64,000 bases of DNA from Takakia lepidozioides (Eukaryota > Plantae > Bryophyta). The notes beneath the pieces were generated by a model. That model saw only the letters and a program-made list of their open reading frames with translations. It was not told the origin of the DNA and searched no databases. Below are positions 52,501-64,000 of the stretch, piece after piece. The stretch lies in contig CM060733.1 of assembly GCA_030704615.1 (NCBI GenBank), positions 43,586,001-43,650,000 of the forward strand, read 5' to 3'. Position numbers and translations under genes: made by a program. The stretch's first letter is position 1, and every line of letters begins with the position of its first letter.

Positions 52501-52989
52501 AAGAACGAGTGGGCGAGTTCGTGGCAGGGTGTTACGATCTTCCATGCCCTAAACATGGATGGCGCGGATGGGTTTCTCATAATGGACGATCTAGATCCTT
52601 CGGCCGGCGCGGACTGGCAGACTGGGGGCAGCAGACGGGCATAGCGGACTGTTGGGTGGACTTGTGGGGACTGGCACAGTGGACTGGCATGCACAGCAGA
52701 CTGGCCAGCAGACTTGCGGTTTGGCGGACTGAGGGGAACTGGACTCACGGGCAGCGGACTGGGGGCGCGCCGGAGCGCGGGCGGGGGTGGGTGGGGCCGC
52801 GGCAGCAGGTGGGCGACCGCGCGCAGCGGCGGGCGGGGGGGTCCGGGTGGGGGGAGCCGGGCGTCCGTGCGCAGGGCCCACCGGTCAGCTCGCGCGTGCG
52901 CCATAACGTCCCAATTATTGTAAAATGAGAGGCCTAACCACACGTGTTCCAAATTCAAATTTGGCAAAAGAGTTTTGAATATTCTGTCC
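46529..52989 (-). mobile_element. Unclassified 6.5-kb insertion with short TIRs, novel ORFs and CAGAC(T) motif arrays
   Basis: Ends AGACAGAA / TTCTGTCC; 4-bp flanking repeat ACAG (46525-46528 and 52990-52993); no recognisable transposase. Confidence 0.5.
47719..48615 (-). CDS. Hypothetical 298-aa protein with an HLxWQV-x5-CxxC motif; degenerate paralog at 46996-47546
   Basis: AHLAWQVAYLGCCPLC versus AHLRWQVDFFTHCQVC. Confidence 0.5.
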   Translation of the reverse strand: MIINQIAAHRFHLSFEARVVGLYRVVSGTRSGEVRTEDAIVVCRLMRRRILDIAEEYRGYWILAKVGPLGDRALTSPISSFFRFNTRWPGCCQPSFLGNLDVQSSLEAHLAWQVAYLGCCPLCRTIADEGIDFHRPRPTIRRSGEAISYLTKKSFIDLPFDWMCWLFGCGLEDYLEVEERLPHPNTTITYICPPRFYNSRSASATTLIIELITDGRLDVAPTIHDITWIEGLPSAAPQGVIADPEWPPPFYFAREIPTSFFPIIPLKIVHAISSASSSPWTSAPGSPMGIDEDLPATE

Positions 52990-55170
52990 ACAGGTCTTGA
53001 GTTGGTGACCTTAAGCAGTCAGGTTGTCTTAGATTTCAAAATGTGGGCCGCTCAAGATTTCAACGGGTGCACTGCACTGCGTGTGAATTTGGGTTGGTGT
53101 TGCAAACTGCACATATCTCTGTAGATCAGGTGGACATGCCGCAGGTTGCTGGTGGTGAGTTTGATGGCTCTGGAATTTTAGGAAAAGATCGTTACTATAG
53201 CTGCAATTAACTTACATTCCGACGGTGCTAATTCACTGAACTTTTATTTCTCGCTTTAGGTTCACAAGGGCAACAGTGCTATATGTGCTCTTCGTATGAA
53301 CTATGAACGTTGTTGCAATTAAGTAAACTATCACTCATCTTTGCTTCTACTCAGCACTTGTGTCTAATTTGTACGTCTTTGCTAATGGATATGGCCTCTG
53401 CTAGCTCTGCAATGGTAGTAAAGTGATGTATGCTCATGATTTAAGTTGAACTCCATCATATTCTGGATCTAGTATTAACTCAAACGGGCTAAGTTAATAG
53501 AAACAAGAGGCTCCGCCACAAGAGGCTCTGTCCTTGCTCTTTCCTTCTTTGTTTTTGGGGTTGTTGTTTTATACTTTTCCCACCGCTTCATGAATCATGC
53601 CCATCAACGCTCCATAGACTAGGCTTAATGGATAAGCCTAGTTCTCCGCCTAGGCAAGATGTCTCCACAATGCCTCTTTCCCTTGCGGGACAGAGCCAAC
53701 AAGATGTTTTATAAATGTATTTCCACTCAAGCAGTTCTTCACCAAACTTTATTTCTAGATTTAGATTCGCAGGAGTGAGCGGAGTGTTATATGATCTCTT
53801 TGTATGAATATTGTTGCCCATTCAATAAACTATCACCCCTCTTTGCTTCTACTGTCGAAGACTCAGCACTGGTGTCTAATTTGTACTTCTCTGCTATGAT
53901 ATGGATATGGATTATCAACAGGTTACGGAACCACCGCAAGCCCAACTGCCAACCATTTCCAGGTTTGGAAGAGAAAACTTGCACCTTGTGAAGCTCAAAA
54001 TGGAAGTGTTTTTAGAGAAGGAGGTTTGGATGTAGGGTCGGGTCAGATGACCTAACTGCTACAGCTGATAGCTGTGCAATGGACTCGCAAGTCCCAACAG
54101 GCATGAGCAAGTGAGGGAGGATATTTTTCTTTTATTCTATGTTTCACACTCCCCTTGGGAAATCTTCCATCTCCAGCACAATGTCCCATGTGGATTCTTG
54201 AGACAATTGTTCTGGTTACACAGATTTTTCTGTTAGTGTTTTATTAAATAAACTTGTCACTGCACACAGTCCACAGCTAATGTATTGTGGGGACAGGTGG
54301 CCCCTTGTACCTCTCCACCTGGCTTTCTACAAAGTCTCTCCAGTAGACACAAAAGGTCCTTTTTCTGGTATACTCAAAGTGTTCTGTCATATCTTCTCGC
54401 AAGAAGAGAGTTTTAAAGTATCTTCTAGGGATGGGATAGTCTTTTGGGTGAAACTAGTGATGAATTGAGAATCTCGAGTGTTAGAGAGAATTCCAAGATG
54501 CTGAACAATGCACAGCTGCCCAATAATCAAGCTCATTCCGAATCGTATTCACTTCCATCTCAAGCTTTGGAGAAGCTCAGAAGAACCAGTCACCACAACC
54601 ATAATATTACAATTCAGCTCTGAGTGATTCTCTAAGGTGGGAGGCCTTGAGAGGGAGGGGTTGAGAAGAGGGAGAAAACCACAGCAAGGGAGGGGAGCAG
54701 AAGACAGGGAGTTTTTCATCACTCTTAAGTGTCAGTCTCTTGATATGCGATTTTTCTCCCTGCAGAAGACAATATGACAGAAAGCAAACTGACTCGTGTA
54801 TGTAACTCCTGGGCAGCGATCGAACAATAAAGCTATGGAGTCTGGAAGGAGAGTTTGACATTGGGGCAGGACCTGCAAAGTTATCATCACAGGCAGTGGT
54901 AGCCACCACACACCAGATTTAGCACAACATTCTGGTTTCCTTCCAACAGAGTCACTCCAAAATTCCCCCTTCACTCATTACCTGCTCCAGTCAAGTGCAA
55001 TTATGGGCTGACTTCCCCACCTATGCTGGGTAGACGCCATTATCATTTCCTGTGGATGTACCTCAATAGTACATCATGATCAATATCCTCAGGAACTGGT
55101 GGATGAACTGCGTAGCTACACAGATCTATGAATGAAGTAACAGGCCTGCACCTTGCAGAAAAACATCCTT

Positions 55171-58100
55171 TCACCAGTAATCCTCACAAGAACAAACCCC
55201 ATCTTCAAAGTGGTGAAAGCGGGTTGCGTCTCGTACAACAATTGCTCGGCCAACGATCTTTGAGATGAACTTGGTGGAGGTGTGGCAGTCCCCACACATC
55301 CGAAGATTCTTGATGAGACGGAGAGGTGTCCTAGGGGCCGTGCTGATCAGCCCAAAACCAATGGCCACTTCTCACTGTGGTGGCAAAGAGAAAATTCCCT
55401 TTGCTCCTCCCCCACATCAGGCAATACAAAGTGTCTGTCGGGCACATACCCTGCCTCCTTCATCTGCCCAGACAATCTTCTCAGCTCAGCATGGATTTCC
55501 TTAACTTTTTGGATGCAATTTGTCGTCTACGACAAAGGTGTGCACCCTGTTGCCAACCTCAATACAGCAACGACCTAGCTCCTTTCTAACCCCTCTGACC
55601 TTCATCATTTTCCTCACCTTTGCACTATCGTCCCACCTGCCAGCTGTGGCATAGATGTTTGAGAGCAACACGTAAGTCGCGGCGTCCTGTTCATCCCACT
55701 TGAGCATAGATGTTGCCATACGTTCAGCCATCTCCACATTGCCATGGATTCTGCAGGCACCAAGTAAGGCCTTCCACACCACAGCATCTGGTTTGATTGG
55801 CATTTTATTAATGAGGTCCTCTGCCTCATCCAATCGCCCCACACGTCCAAGAAGGTCCACCATGCAGCCAAAGTGCTTTACTGTTGGAGTGACACCATGA
55901 TCTTGACTCAGGGAATCAAAGTGGCGTCTTCCTTTCATACAGTAGGCCAACATGGCTGCATGCAGAGAGAACAGATATGAATGTGATACTGTCCGGCTTC
56001 ACCCCTTCCTTTTGCATTCTTTCAAATAGATGCAGGGCCTCCCTATGACAACCATGCTGGGCATATCCTGCGATCATCGCGCTCCACGACACCACATTTC
56101 GTTCGGCCATATTGTCGAACACTCCCTTTGCATTCTCAATGCACCCACATTTGGAATACATGTCCACGAGAGTATTGTTCAGAATGACATTTGGTACAAG
56201 TCCCGCTTTGACGATGTCACCATGGACCTCTTTGCCCTTTTCCAGGGCTGCCAGGCGCGCACACGCATTGCAAACGCAAACAAATGTGATGTGGTTGGGC
56301 TTCACCCCTTCCTGCACCATTTGCTCATAGGTCTCCAAAGCCTCCATGCCACGCCCCTGCTGGGCATATCCTCCGATCATTGCGTTCCACGACACCACAT
56401 TTCGTTCAGCCATATTGTCAAACACTCCCTTTGCATCCTTGATGCTCCACATTTGGCATACATGTCCACGAGGGTACTGTTCAGAATGACATTTGGTACA
56501 ATTCCAGCTTTGACAATGTCACCATGGACCACTTTGCCCTTTTCCAGGGCTGCTAGGCTCGCACACGCATTGCAAACGCAAACAAACGTGATGTGGTCGG
56601 GCTTCACCCCTTCCCGAACCATTTGCTCATAAGTATCCAATGCCTCCATCCCCCGCCCCTGCTGAGCATATCCTGCGATCATGGCGCTCCACGACACCAC
56701 ATTTCGTTCAGCCATATTATCAAACACTCCCTTTGCATTCTCGATGCACCCACATTTGCAATACATATCCACAAGGGTATTATTCAGAATGACATTTGGT
56801 ACAAGTCCAGCTTTGACAATGTCACCATGGACCTCTTTGCCCTTTTCCAGGGCTGCCAGGATCGCACATGCATTGCAAACACAAACAAACGTGATGTGGT
56901 TGGGTTTCACCCCTTCCCAAATCATTTGCTCATAGGTTTCAAAAGCCTCCATCCCGCGACCCTGCTGTGCATATCCTGCGATCATTGCACTCCACGATAC
57001 CACATTTCGTTCAGCCATATTGTCAAACACTCCCTTCGCATCCTCGATGCACCCACATTTGGCATACATGTCCACGAGGCTATTGTTCAGAATGACATTT
57101 GACACAATTCCAGCTTTGACGATGTCACCATGGACCTCTTTGCCCTTTTCCAGGGCTGCAAGGCTCGCACAAGCATTGGAAACACAAACATACGTGATGT
57201 GGTTGGGTTTCACCCCTTCCCGAATCATTTGATCATAGGTCTCCAAAGCCTTCCTACCGCACCCATGCTTGATAAATCCTGCCATCATTATATTCCATGT
57301 GATCAAACATCGTTGAGGCATTCTGTTGAACACTTGGTGAGCATCCACGATGCTCCCACACTTAACATACATGTTGACAAGGGTGTTGTTTAGGAAAACG
57401 TTTGGCTTGAATCCACTTTGGAAAAGGTGAGCATGTACCTGCTTTCCAACATCCAGGCCTTTTATCTTGATGCACTTATGCAACAGACAGACATAAGTAT
57501 CAGAATCTGCTGGAATGCCTCCTTGGTTTAAAGTCTGTAGTGCCTCTTTCAGTCGCCCTGCCTCACACAGCATCCTCACATGCCCAGAAGTGCCAGAAGA
57601 GGCATTGTGGACTGCCTCTCTTGGTCCTCTTTCGCAAGTTCTTGTCATGGTCGAGGTGCCTGATTTTATGAACTGTGCCGCTGCTGCTGCTGCTTCCAGT
57701 TGACCATCTACCCATGCAGGTTTCTTGTAGCTATCGATCGACAGGGAATCATAGATAATCTTGTACTTGTAATCCAGCCCTCTTGGATGAATCTGGATCC
57801 ACACTCTATCCCTGATCCTTCAGCTATCCCTGCCTCTGCACAAGTCATGCATGCATCCTCGCCTTGCTGCTGGCAGGTGACAATGACAGCCTAGATTTGG
57901 TCTAGCAAATACCCCAACCCTACTTAGAACACACTAGTTCCTATGCTGAATTGCGTGTGCTTCTATCTGTAATCTAACAGGCATTCACCTTTTTGCCTCG
58001 ACTGTCCCACCATTGACTGGGGTTGGAAAAACATTCCTTCCAAAGATTCTCCTTGCCTCTGTTATCTGTTTTTGGATACTTTCCTGTTGCCACATTGGCA

Positions 58101-59545
58101 GTAAAATGTCAGAATCACTGGAAACCACCATAGGTCCACCCAACACGCTAACTGGCAGATTTTAACATGAAAAGGGTTGACTCTGCCAAGAGGGCAAAAG
58201 AGGCGAAGAAGGTGCCTTCCTTAGCAGTGACTGATTTTGCAATTGTGCTGCTGCCGCCACCGCCACTGCTTCCAGTAGCCTTGGTGCTAGTAGCTGATAA
58301 TGACAGCCTAGATTCATTCTAGCAAACACACCAACCCTACCCACAACACACTAGCTCCTATGGTGAATTGCATCTGCTTCTAACAGGGATTCACCTTTTT
58401 GCTTCGATTGTCCCACCATTGACGGGGGTCAGAGCAATTGCAAAACTTCTCCTCGTCTCTGTTATCTGTTTTTGGATACTTGCCTGTTGCCCATTGGCAG
58501 TAACATGACAAAATCTATCCAAATCACCATAGATCCACCCAACGGGCTAACTTGCAGACCTCCACCTGAGAAACTAGGACGCTTCCAATAAGGTGGCAAA
58601 ACAGGATGAAATGTGTTCAAGAAGAAGGTGCCCTCACCTCTTTGTCCTTGTTCTTGTGTCATGGCAGCTAGCTTTTCTTTCAACCAGGGAGGATCCAACT
58701 TGCCATCAACCCAAAAGGACCTTTTGTGTGTGTTGCTTGTGCCTGTAGTCAGGTGATCTTGGATTGGTCTGTGAGGAGAGCCACCAAGGTGCAGCTGAGC
58801 AGCCATAGATTTAAACTCGGCCTCCTAAGACCAAGCTGGCCCTCCCAAGGACCTTGCAAACTCCCAGGAAAAATACCGCATCGTGGTACTAACAAGAAGA
58901 GCCCACATTTGCAGGATGTACAAACTTCTTCAAATTGGACATTAAGAAAGCCACACCTTGTGATTGCGTTTGTCCCACCATTGAGAACGATCTTTAAAAA
59001 ACTTGTGCCAGTTTTGCTCCATGCTCTACAGTAGACCTTTGTGGCCAAAAATCAGACAGAATCAACATTTTGACAAGTTCCCTTAAGGAGGAGTGCGAGT
59101 GCTCTTTCAACAACATTCATGGAGTCACTTTGGGCTCCATTGGACTCTACACAATTGGGAACATTCGAGCATGTCCAAACTTACACAAATGCTGAACCAG
59201 CTTATGTCTGTAGACTGCACATTTTGGAGTAGTATGTGAAAACGACCAGGGAGGAGCTGAGCAGCCACAGTCTCAACCCTCCCAAGTACCTTGCAAACTC
59301 CAGGTGCACATCCTACTTTCACAACCTCGATGCGGACAGTGTAAGCAGTTTTTGCCTACCAAAGCAAGATTGTGACTTCAATCAACAACGGTACAGTCCA
59401 GTCCACACAATACGATCATACCAAAGTTCCGTCAACCCCACTTTCTCATCCTACATGAAGAAAGCTCACCTTGTCAAGGCAACTGTCCCACCATTGTGAA
59501 GGATCTTTAAAGAACCCCTGCCAGTGCTGCTCCATGCTCCAGCAT
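55171..59545 (-). pseudogene. Gene B: paralogous PDF-motif plus 17-motif PLS PPR-E-DYW gene with several frameshifts (about 56450, 55945, 55500, 55370); 5' end may extend to about 59840
   Basis: WQGFFKDPSQWWDSCLDK|, WHKFFKDRSQWWDKRNHK|, TNPRSPDYRHK...PPWLKEKL, SQWWDSRGKK|, IHPRGLDYKYK...PAWVDGQL; PLS triplets; CGDCH...SCEDYW. Confidence 0.88.
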
Positions 59546-59999
59546 TGACCTATGCACCAGACATACCGATTATCAGCATTGTCTAACAGTCTCGTGCGCT
59601 TTCTTAAGAGTACATTCGTTTCTGCTGGATTGCGCAAAAAGACAATTCCCCACGGCGCATACATACAACACATCCACCCCAAAAAGAAAACTGTGAAGTG
59701 TTTCGCGTTATCACCTAATTTGAGTGGCGTCCCCGAAGGCGCCATCGCCACCATGTGCAAGGGGCTCTATTTTCTGCGCTTTGCCACCGGGGGTGCCGCT
59801 TTCAGCTCCACAGCCCAGCCCCTCAATGCGCTGCATGGCCTCGCGTGTGGATGGGGTACAGAACATGGAACAGCAAAAAGACCATGAACGCAGGCCCAGG
59901 CCATATGAGCTAAAAGTGACGGTTTCCGGCTCCCAAGACCAGGGTGCCCGGGGTAGAGGACAAGGGCACATTACAGAATACAAAAACCGCCATGCATGT

Positions 60000-60459
60000 T
60001 AGGTAACCCCACCCCCGGGAAGATTCCAATATCGGGGTGGATTCCTAGAATATTCCGTGTCCGGGGTTCCGGGCCTGGGGTATGTGAAGAATCTATGTAA
60101 CGCCCTAGGATACATTTTTCTTAAAAGATTCTACAGCCTACGGGCTACCTGCTTATATACGTTCCGTATATCAATGAGTACATAACATATTTCCAAGTAT
60201 TTGTCGGGCTGCTGCCCGGGCAGGAAGACAAAAACCCAAGCTAGGGTTTTTCGCGAGGGAAGAGGAACTTTGCAAAGTCCATGGCCCATTTGGGGGGGGG
60301 TTCACCATACATTTCCCCAATCTATGAGTTTCCACAGGTCTGTTTGACTCCACACCTGTAATGGGAGAAGCCGTATCTTTACTAAATGGCCAAATTTGTC
60401 TTTCAATTCTGTAAATCATGTTGGCGAGGCTGATGCATGCAGTATGCATGGATTACCTA
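60000..60459. mobile_element. Possible MITE with TAG termini
   Basis: TIR TAGGTAACCC / GGATTACCTA (9 of 10 match); flanks TGT/CGT. Confidence 0.35.
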
Positions 60460-62118
60460 CGTTACAGGTGAGGCTGGAGGAGCTGGAGCAGCAACTGGCA
60501 GAAGCACGAAGCAAAATGCCTGAAAGATAAGAGTCTGCAGAGAAGGAAATGAAAACGTCAGAGGTGGCCTACACGTACAGGGGCAAGCTGGCAGCATCTG
60601 AAGCAGCTCAAGTGAGGGTGGCTATTACTGAGCTGTAGAAGGTGCAAGCAGAGAGAGTGAACACAGGGAAGAGACACTACCTTTGTAAGGGACTCACTCT
60701 AGTAGTAGGACTTATCTTCTTTATTGGATGTCTCAGCTTTTGGTTCGGCAATCTCATCGTTGTAGATCAATACGCGTAGTGACAACTGCAGGATCAGATT
60801 TCTCTCCACCATTCTGTCGAACTTTGTCGAGCAAGTCTCTGTAAACTCCTCCTTATTAGAACTGCCTCTGTAATATCCCTCTACTTGCTTCAATTGATCT
60901 TTGATTCCACTCTCTGTAATTTTTATCCGCTTCACCCTAATAGTATGTGGGCAGAATATTGCCACCTTCTGTTTCTTCGTCATTCATGACTGACGACATA
61001 GTTAAATCTATGACCTCTGCAGTCTTGCACAGAGGAGAACGTACTTATATGGCCAGTATATAGCATCTTGGTTCTTCTCAGTAGCTTCCCTTGGTGTAAC
61101 CTTGTGGGAAAAAACATAGCGTGCAATTTGCGGTGAGTTTTTAGGGGCAATGCCATGGAAACAGATACTTTACGGCAATGTAAGATTGTTATGTCTCCTT
61201 ACTGTTTGCAACATGTGCTCAAACAACTAAACAATGTCTGAGCAAGTTAACATCCCAACCTAGAATCTTCTCTTGCTGCTTGCCAAGGAGTACCTGCATA
61301 TTGAGTACGCCTTGCTCTCTCTCCACTGCTTGTTCCGTTTACACTCCATGTCTACAATCAGCAACACATCCCTTAAGTAATCCTAAGGTCTCACTCCCTT
61401 GCTTTAAGATATCCAGGCTAGTTGACCGCTTGTACGTCCCTGTTTGTGCTAGGGATGAAAGACGGGAGATTGAGATTGAAGAACATTTGTTCTTCCACTA
61501 TACTCGACCCTAACTATGAGATACGTGGTCGATAGTATCCCATATTCCATGACAGCCAATCCCTCTTTCATTATGAGGACCAGAAATGCTTGGCAGCATA
61601 TCTACATGAGGCTCTCCACCTGAAATCGACCACTACAAATCTGACCCCTAGGATCTGCCCGGTACGTTATCATTTAAGTTCACACTTCATTTGATCATAT
61701 CTGCTTGGTTATTGAAATTTAAATATCTGTATCTCAAGACGGGTCTCTCTCACACTGGCAGTAGGTACAGCTCTCTCATGTGTATATTGTATTGGAGATT
61801 ATATCATGAGAAGGATGTATATTTCCCTATAATTCAGAAGTGTTGAGCTCGTGTTGAGTATTCGAGAAAGAACGAGAGAAGCCTCAACACCCTGCGGCTG
61901 GAGATAAAGAGACATATCGACGTATGACTGATATATATATTAAAATTTATGCAAGCCTGAACATCATGCCAGTCCCAAATGGCAGTTGGGAATTGGAGCA
62001 AAATTTTGTAACATTTTAAGATACCCTGACATCAAAAGTTCTGACCAATTATAACTAGTACAATAATCTTGATATGTAATGTAAGTCCGTGCTCGTGTCC
62101 TAAAGGATAGGGGAGGGT

Positions 62119-62306
62119 TGTTGCGCACCTCACTTGGTATACTCCCCTTCAAGTCACAGTTACTCGCTCTTGATGCGCGCGCCTCTAACTCCCAGTCTGG
62201 CCGCCGGGCCAACTCGGAGCTTCGGCTGTTCACCGGGACATAACGGTCCCCCTTGCTCTTCTTACTGACCCTCAAACTATCGGGCCCAGTCGAAATTCCC
62301 TTTGGT
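62119..62306 (-). repeat. LTR end fragment of the family at 12956-13677
   Basis: TGTTGCGCACCTCACTT...CACCGGGACATAACGGTCCCCC shared with 12956-13140. Confidence 0.85.
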
Positions 62307-62535
62307 ATAGGACACCTTGCAGAAGTATTTTGAAAAGGGAGATGTCATTGGGGAATCTTCAGGGAGTAGGGTATAAGCACCCAGACAAGTTCGTTTTAGC
62401 AATTCTTGTGATGATGATGGGCATATCTCGCCCGCTCATCCCATGGGACGAGTTCAGGTTACAATGTCATAGACGGAGATGTGTGGGGTGAGGTGCACAT
62501 ACTGCAAGATGTTGGGACACCTAGAGAGTGACTTA

Positions 62536-64000
62536 GACGCAGCAAAGTTCTGTTATAATAACACAGAACACTCCGCAACGGGAGTTTCCCCTTTCGTATT
62601 GGTCTATGGAAAAGGACCTCTGGTGCCGACAAGTTGGGCCGCCCAGGACGTTGAGGAACCGGCAGTAGCGGCGGTACTGGAAGAACGCAAGCGTTTGTTG
62701 AAGCTCGCAAAGTACAACATTGCCAAAGCTAGGAAACAGTATGAAAGGCAGGCGAATCGGAAGCGGAGGGAAGTGAAGTTTGAGGCAGGCACGGAGGTCT
62801 GGTTGAACATCAAGAATTTCCGACTACCTCCGGAAGTGAGTCCAAAGTTTGTACCTCCGTATGCGGGACCCTTTCGCATCCGGAAGGTTATGAATGAGGA
62901 TGTGTATGAATTGGAGCTGCCGGCAAACAGCAAGGTGCATCCAGTATTCCACGTCTCCCTTTTGAAGCCTTACTTCAAAGATGAAGCGCGTCCGAATCGG
63001 CATCAAGTGTTGTGTCCGCCACCTGTACTGTTGGATCATGAAAATGAACCTGAATACGAGGTGGAGGCAGTACTTAAGTCGATGAGGTTCAAGAACTGAG
63101 AAACGGAGTATCTCGTCAAATGGAAGGGCTATCATCATGTGGAGGCATCTTGGGTGCGTGCCTCAGAAATGGGAAACGCATCCGAGGCGGTTGCAGTTTT
63201 TGAAGGGCGACCTCAAAAGCGGAAGAAGCGTTGATGGGGACATCAACCTTGGAGCGTGGGGGAGGAAATGCATGCTTAGCCCGGCTTAGCTAGCTTAGGA
63301 ATCCGATTGCAAAAACTTGTATTGTACAAAAATTTGTTATAAAGGAAATGGGTTCCAAATGTTATGCGTCTTATTTTGTTTGGAATGGTGATGCATGGTG
63401 TGGTTGGCTAGTGTGTAGAATGCATGCTAGCTTGCAAAAGTGGGAGAGGTAAATTGGGTTAATCGTGTGTTTGCGCAGTGCCGAAATCGGGTGACTCCCA
63501 TCCAAGGGGCAAGGAAACTTGCGCCTTCTTTAGGAGTTCACGTGCTAGTGCGCACCTGGTGCGTGCGCATACTATAACTGCGCTACCGAGGGGGTTGCTT
63601 TGTAGTGTGGGCTAACGCGGAAGCTACGTGCTTCCGTTCACGTACTATAATTGTGTAGCCTCGGGACGAAGTCGTAGTGCGGCTTCGGCGTGTTCCCGTA
63701 CCTCAGGCCAGCATTCCAAGGCGGACCCAATTGTAGTGATTGGGGTGCGCGGTTGGTTCAAGGTTATCTTCCTAGTCAAAGAGGGTTCGAGGTGAACCCT
63801 TGCTCAAGGTGATGCCAAAAGCGGCATCATGAGTAGTCGCAAGCAATGTTGTTGCAGTAAGGCGATTCGATCCTCGGGGAGGATCGTTCCTTGGCCTTGA
63901 AGTAGGCCAAGAAGAGTGCACTGGGAGGAGCTTGAGAAGCTCCACCCTTGGCCGGGACTTGGAGGAAGTCGGCCGAACTAGCTAGTGGAGAGTAGAGTCA
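62536..64000 (+). mobile_element. Chromovirus (Ty3/gypsy) 3' end: integrase C-terminus and chromodomain (to 63234), PPT (about 63258-63268) and 3' LTR from about 63269
   Basis: FCYNNTEHSATGVSPF, YAGPF, VHPVFHVSLLKPY, EYEVEAVL...*ETEYLVKWKGY...SW; GGGGGAGGAAA then TG. Confidence 0.88.

Noticed and set aside
52410-52991. Pro/Arg-rich ORFs on both strands
   Set aside because: Explained by very high GC content; no protein motif
53323-53910. Roughly 70-bp imperfect direct repeat (53323-53395 and 53826-53910)
   Set aside because: No TE hallmarks or coding signal; probably an old local duplication
60470-61960. Possible decayed retroelement or coiled-coil ORF pieces
   Set aside because: No diagnostic motif or boundary that I can support

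Overview
Repeat-rich nuclear DNA, most likely from a non-seed land plant (inferred from the PLS-DYW PPR genes and the TE types). One apparently intact host gene is present: a six-exon DUSP12/YVH1-type phosphatase (16007-23725, minus strand). Two convergent paralogous PLS-PPR-E-DYW genes (about 42.2-46.1 kb plus, 55.2-59.5 kb minus) carry several N-terminal exons encoding OSB-type PDF ssDNA-binding motifs; both are disrupted in this assembly. The rest is nested transposable elements: (1) a 10.8-kb Ty3/gypsy element lacking RT/RNaseH but with extra 5' and 3' ORFs; (2) two inverted hAT copies carrying captured PTOX and PPR fragments, plus a 75-bp hAT MITE; (3) nested piggyBac-like MITEs; (4) tail-less LINEs; (5) a SWIM/Mutator-like remnant; (6) a gag remnant with a -1 frameshift signal; (7) a chromovirus end; (8) a 6.5-kb unclassified element with CAGAC(T) motif arrays and novel Cys/His ORFs. 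There is also a SABATH methyltransferase fragment. The top candidate for a new system is the PDF-PPR-DYW fusion. All calls come from reading the sequence by eye; no searches were run.
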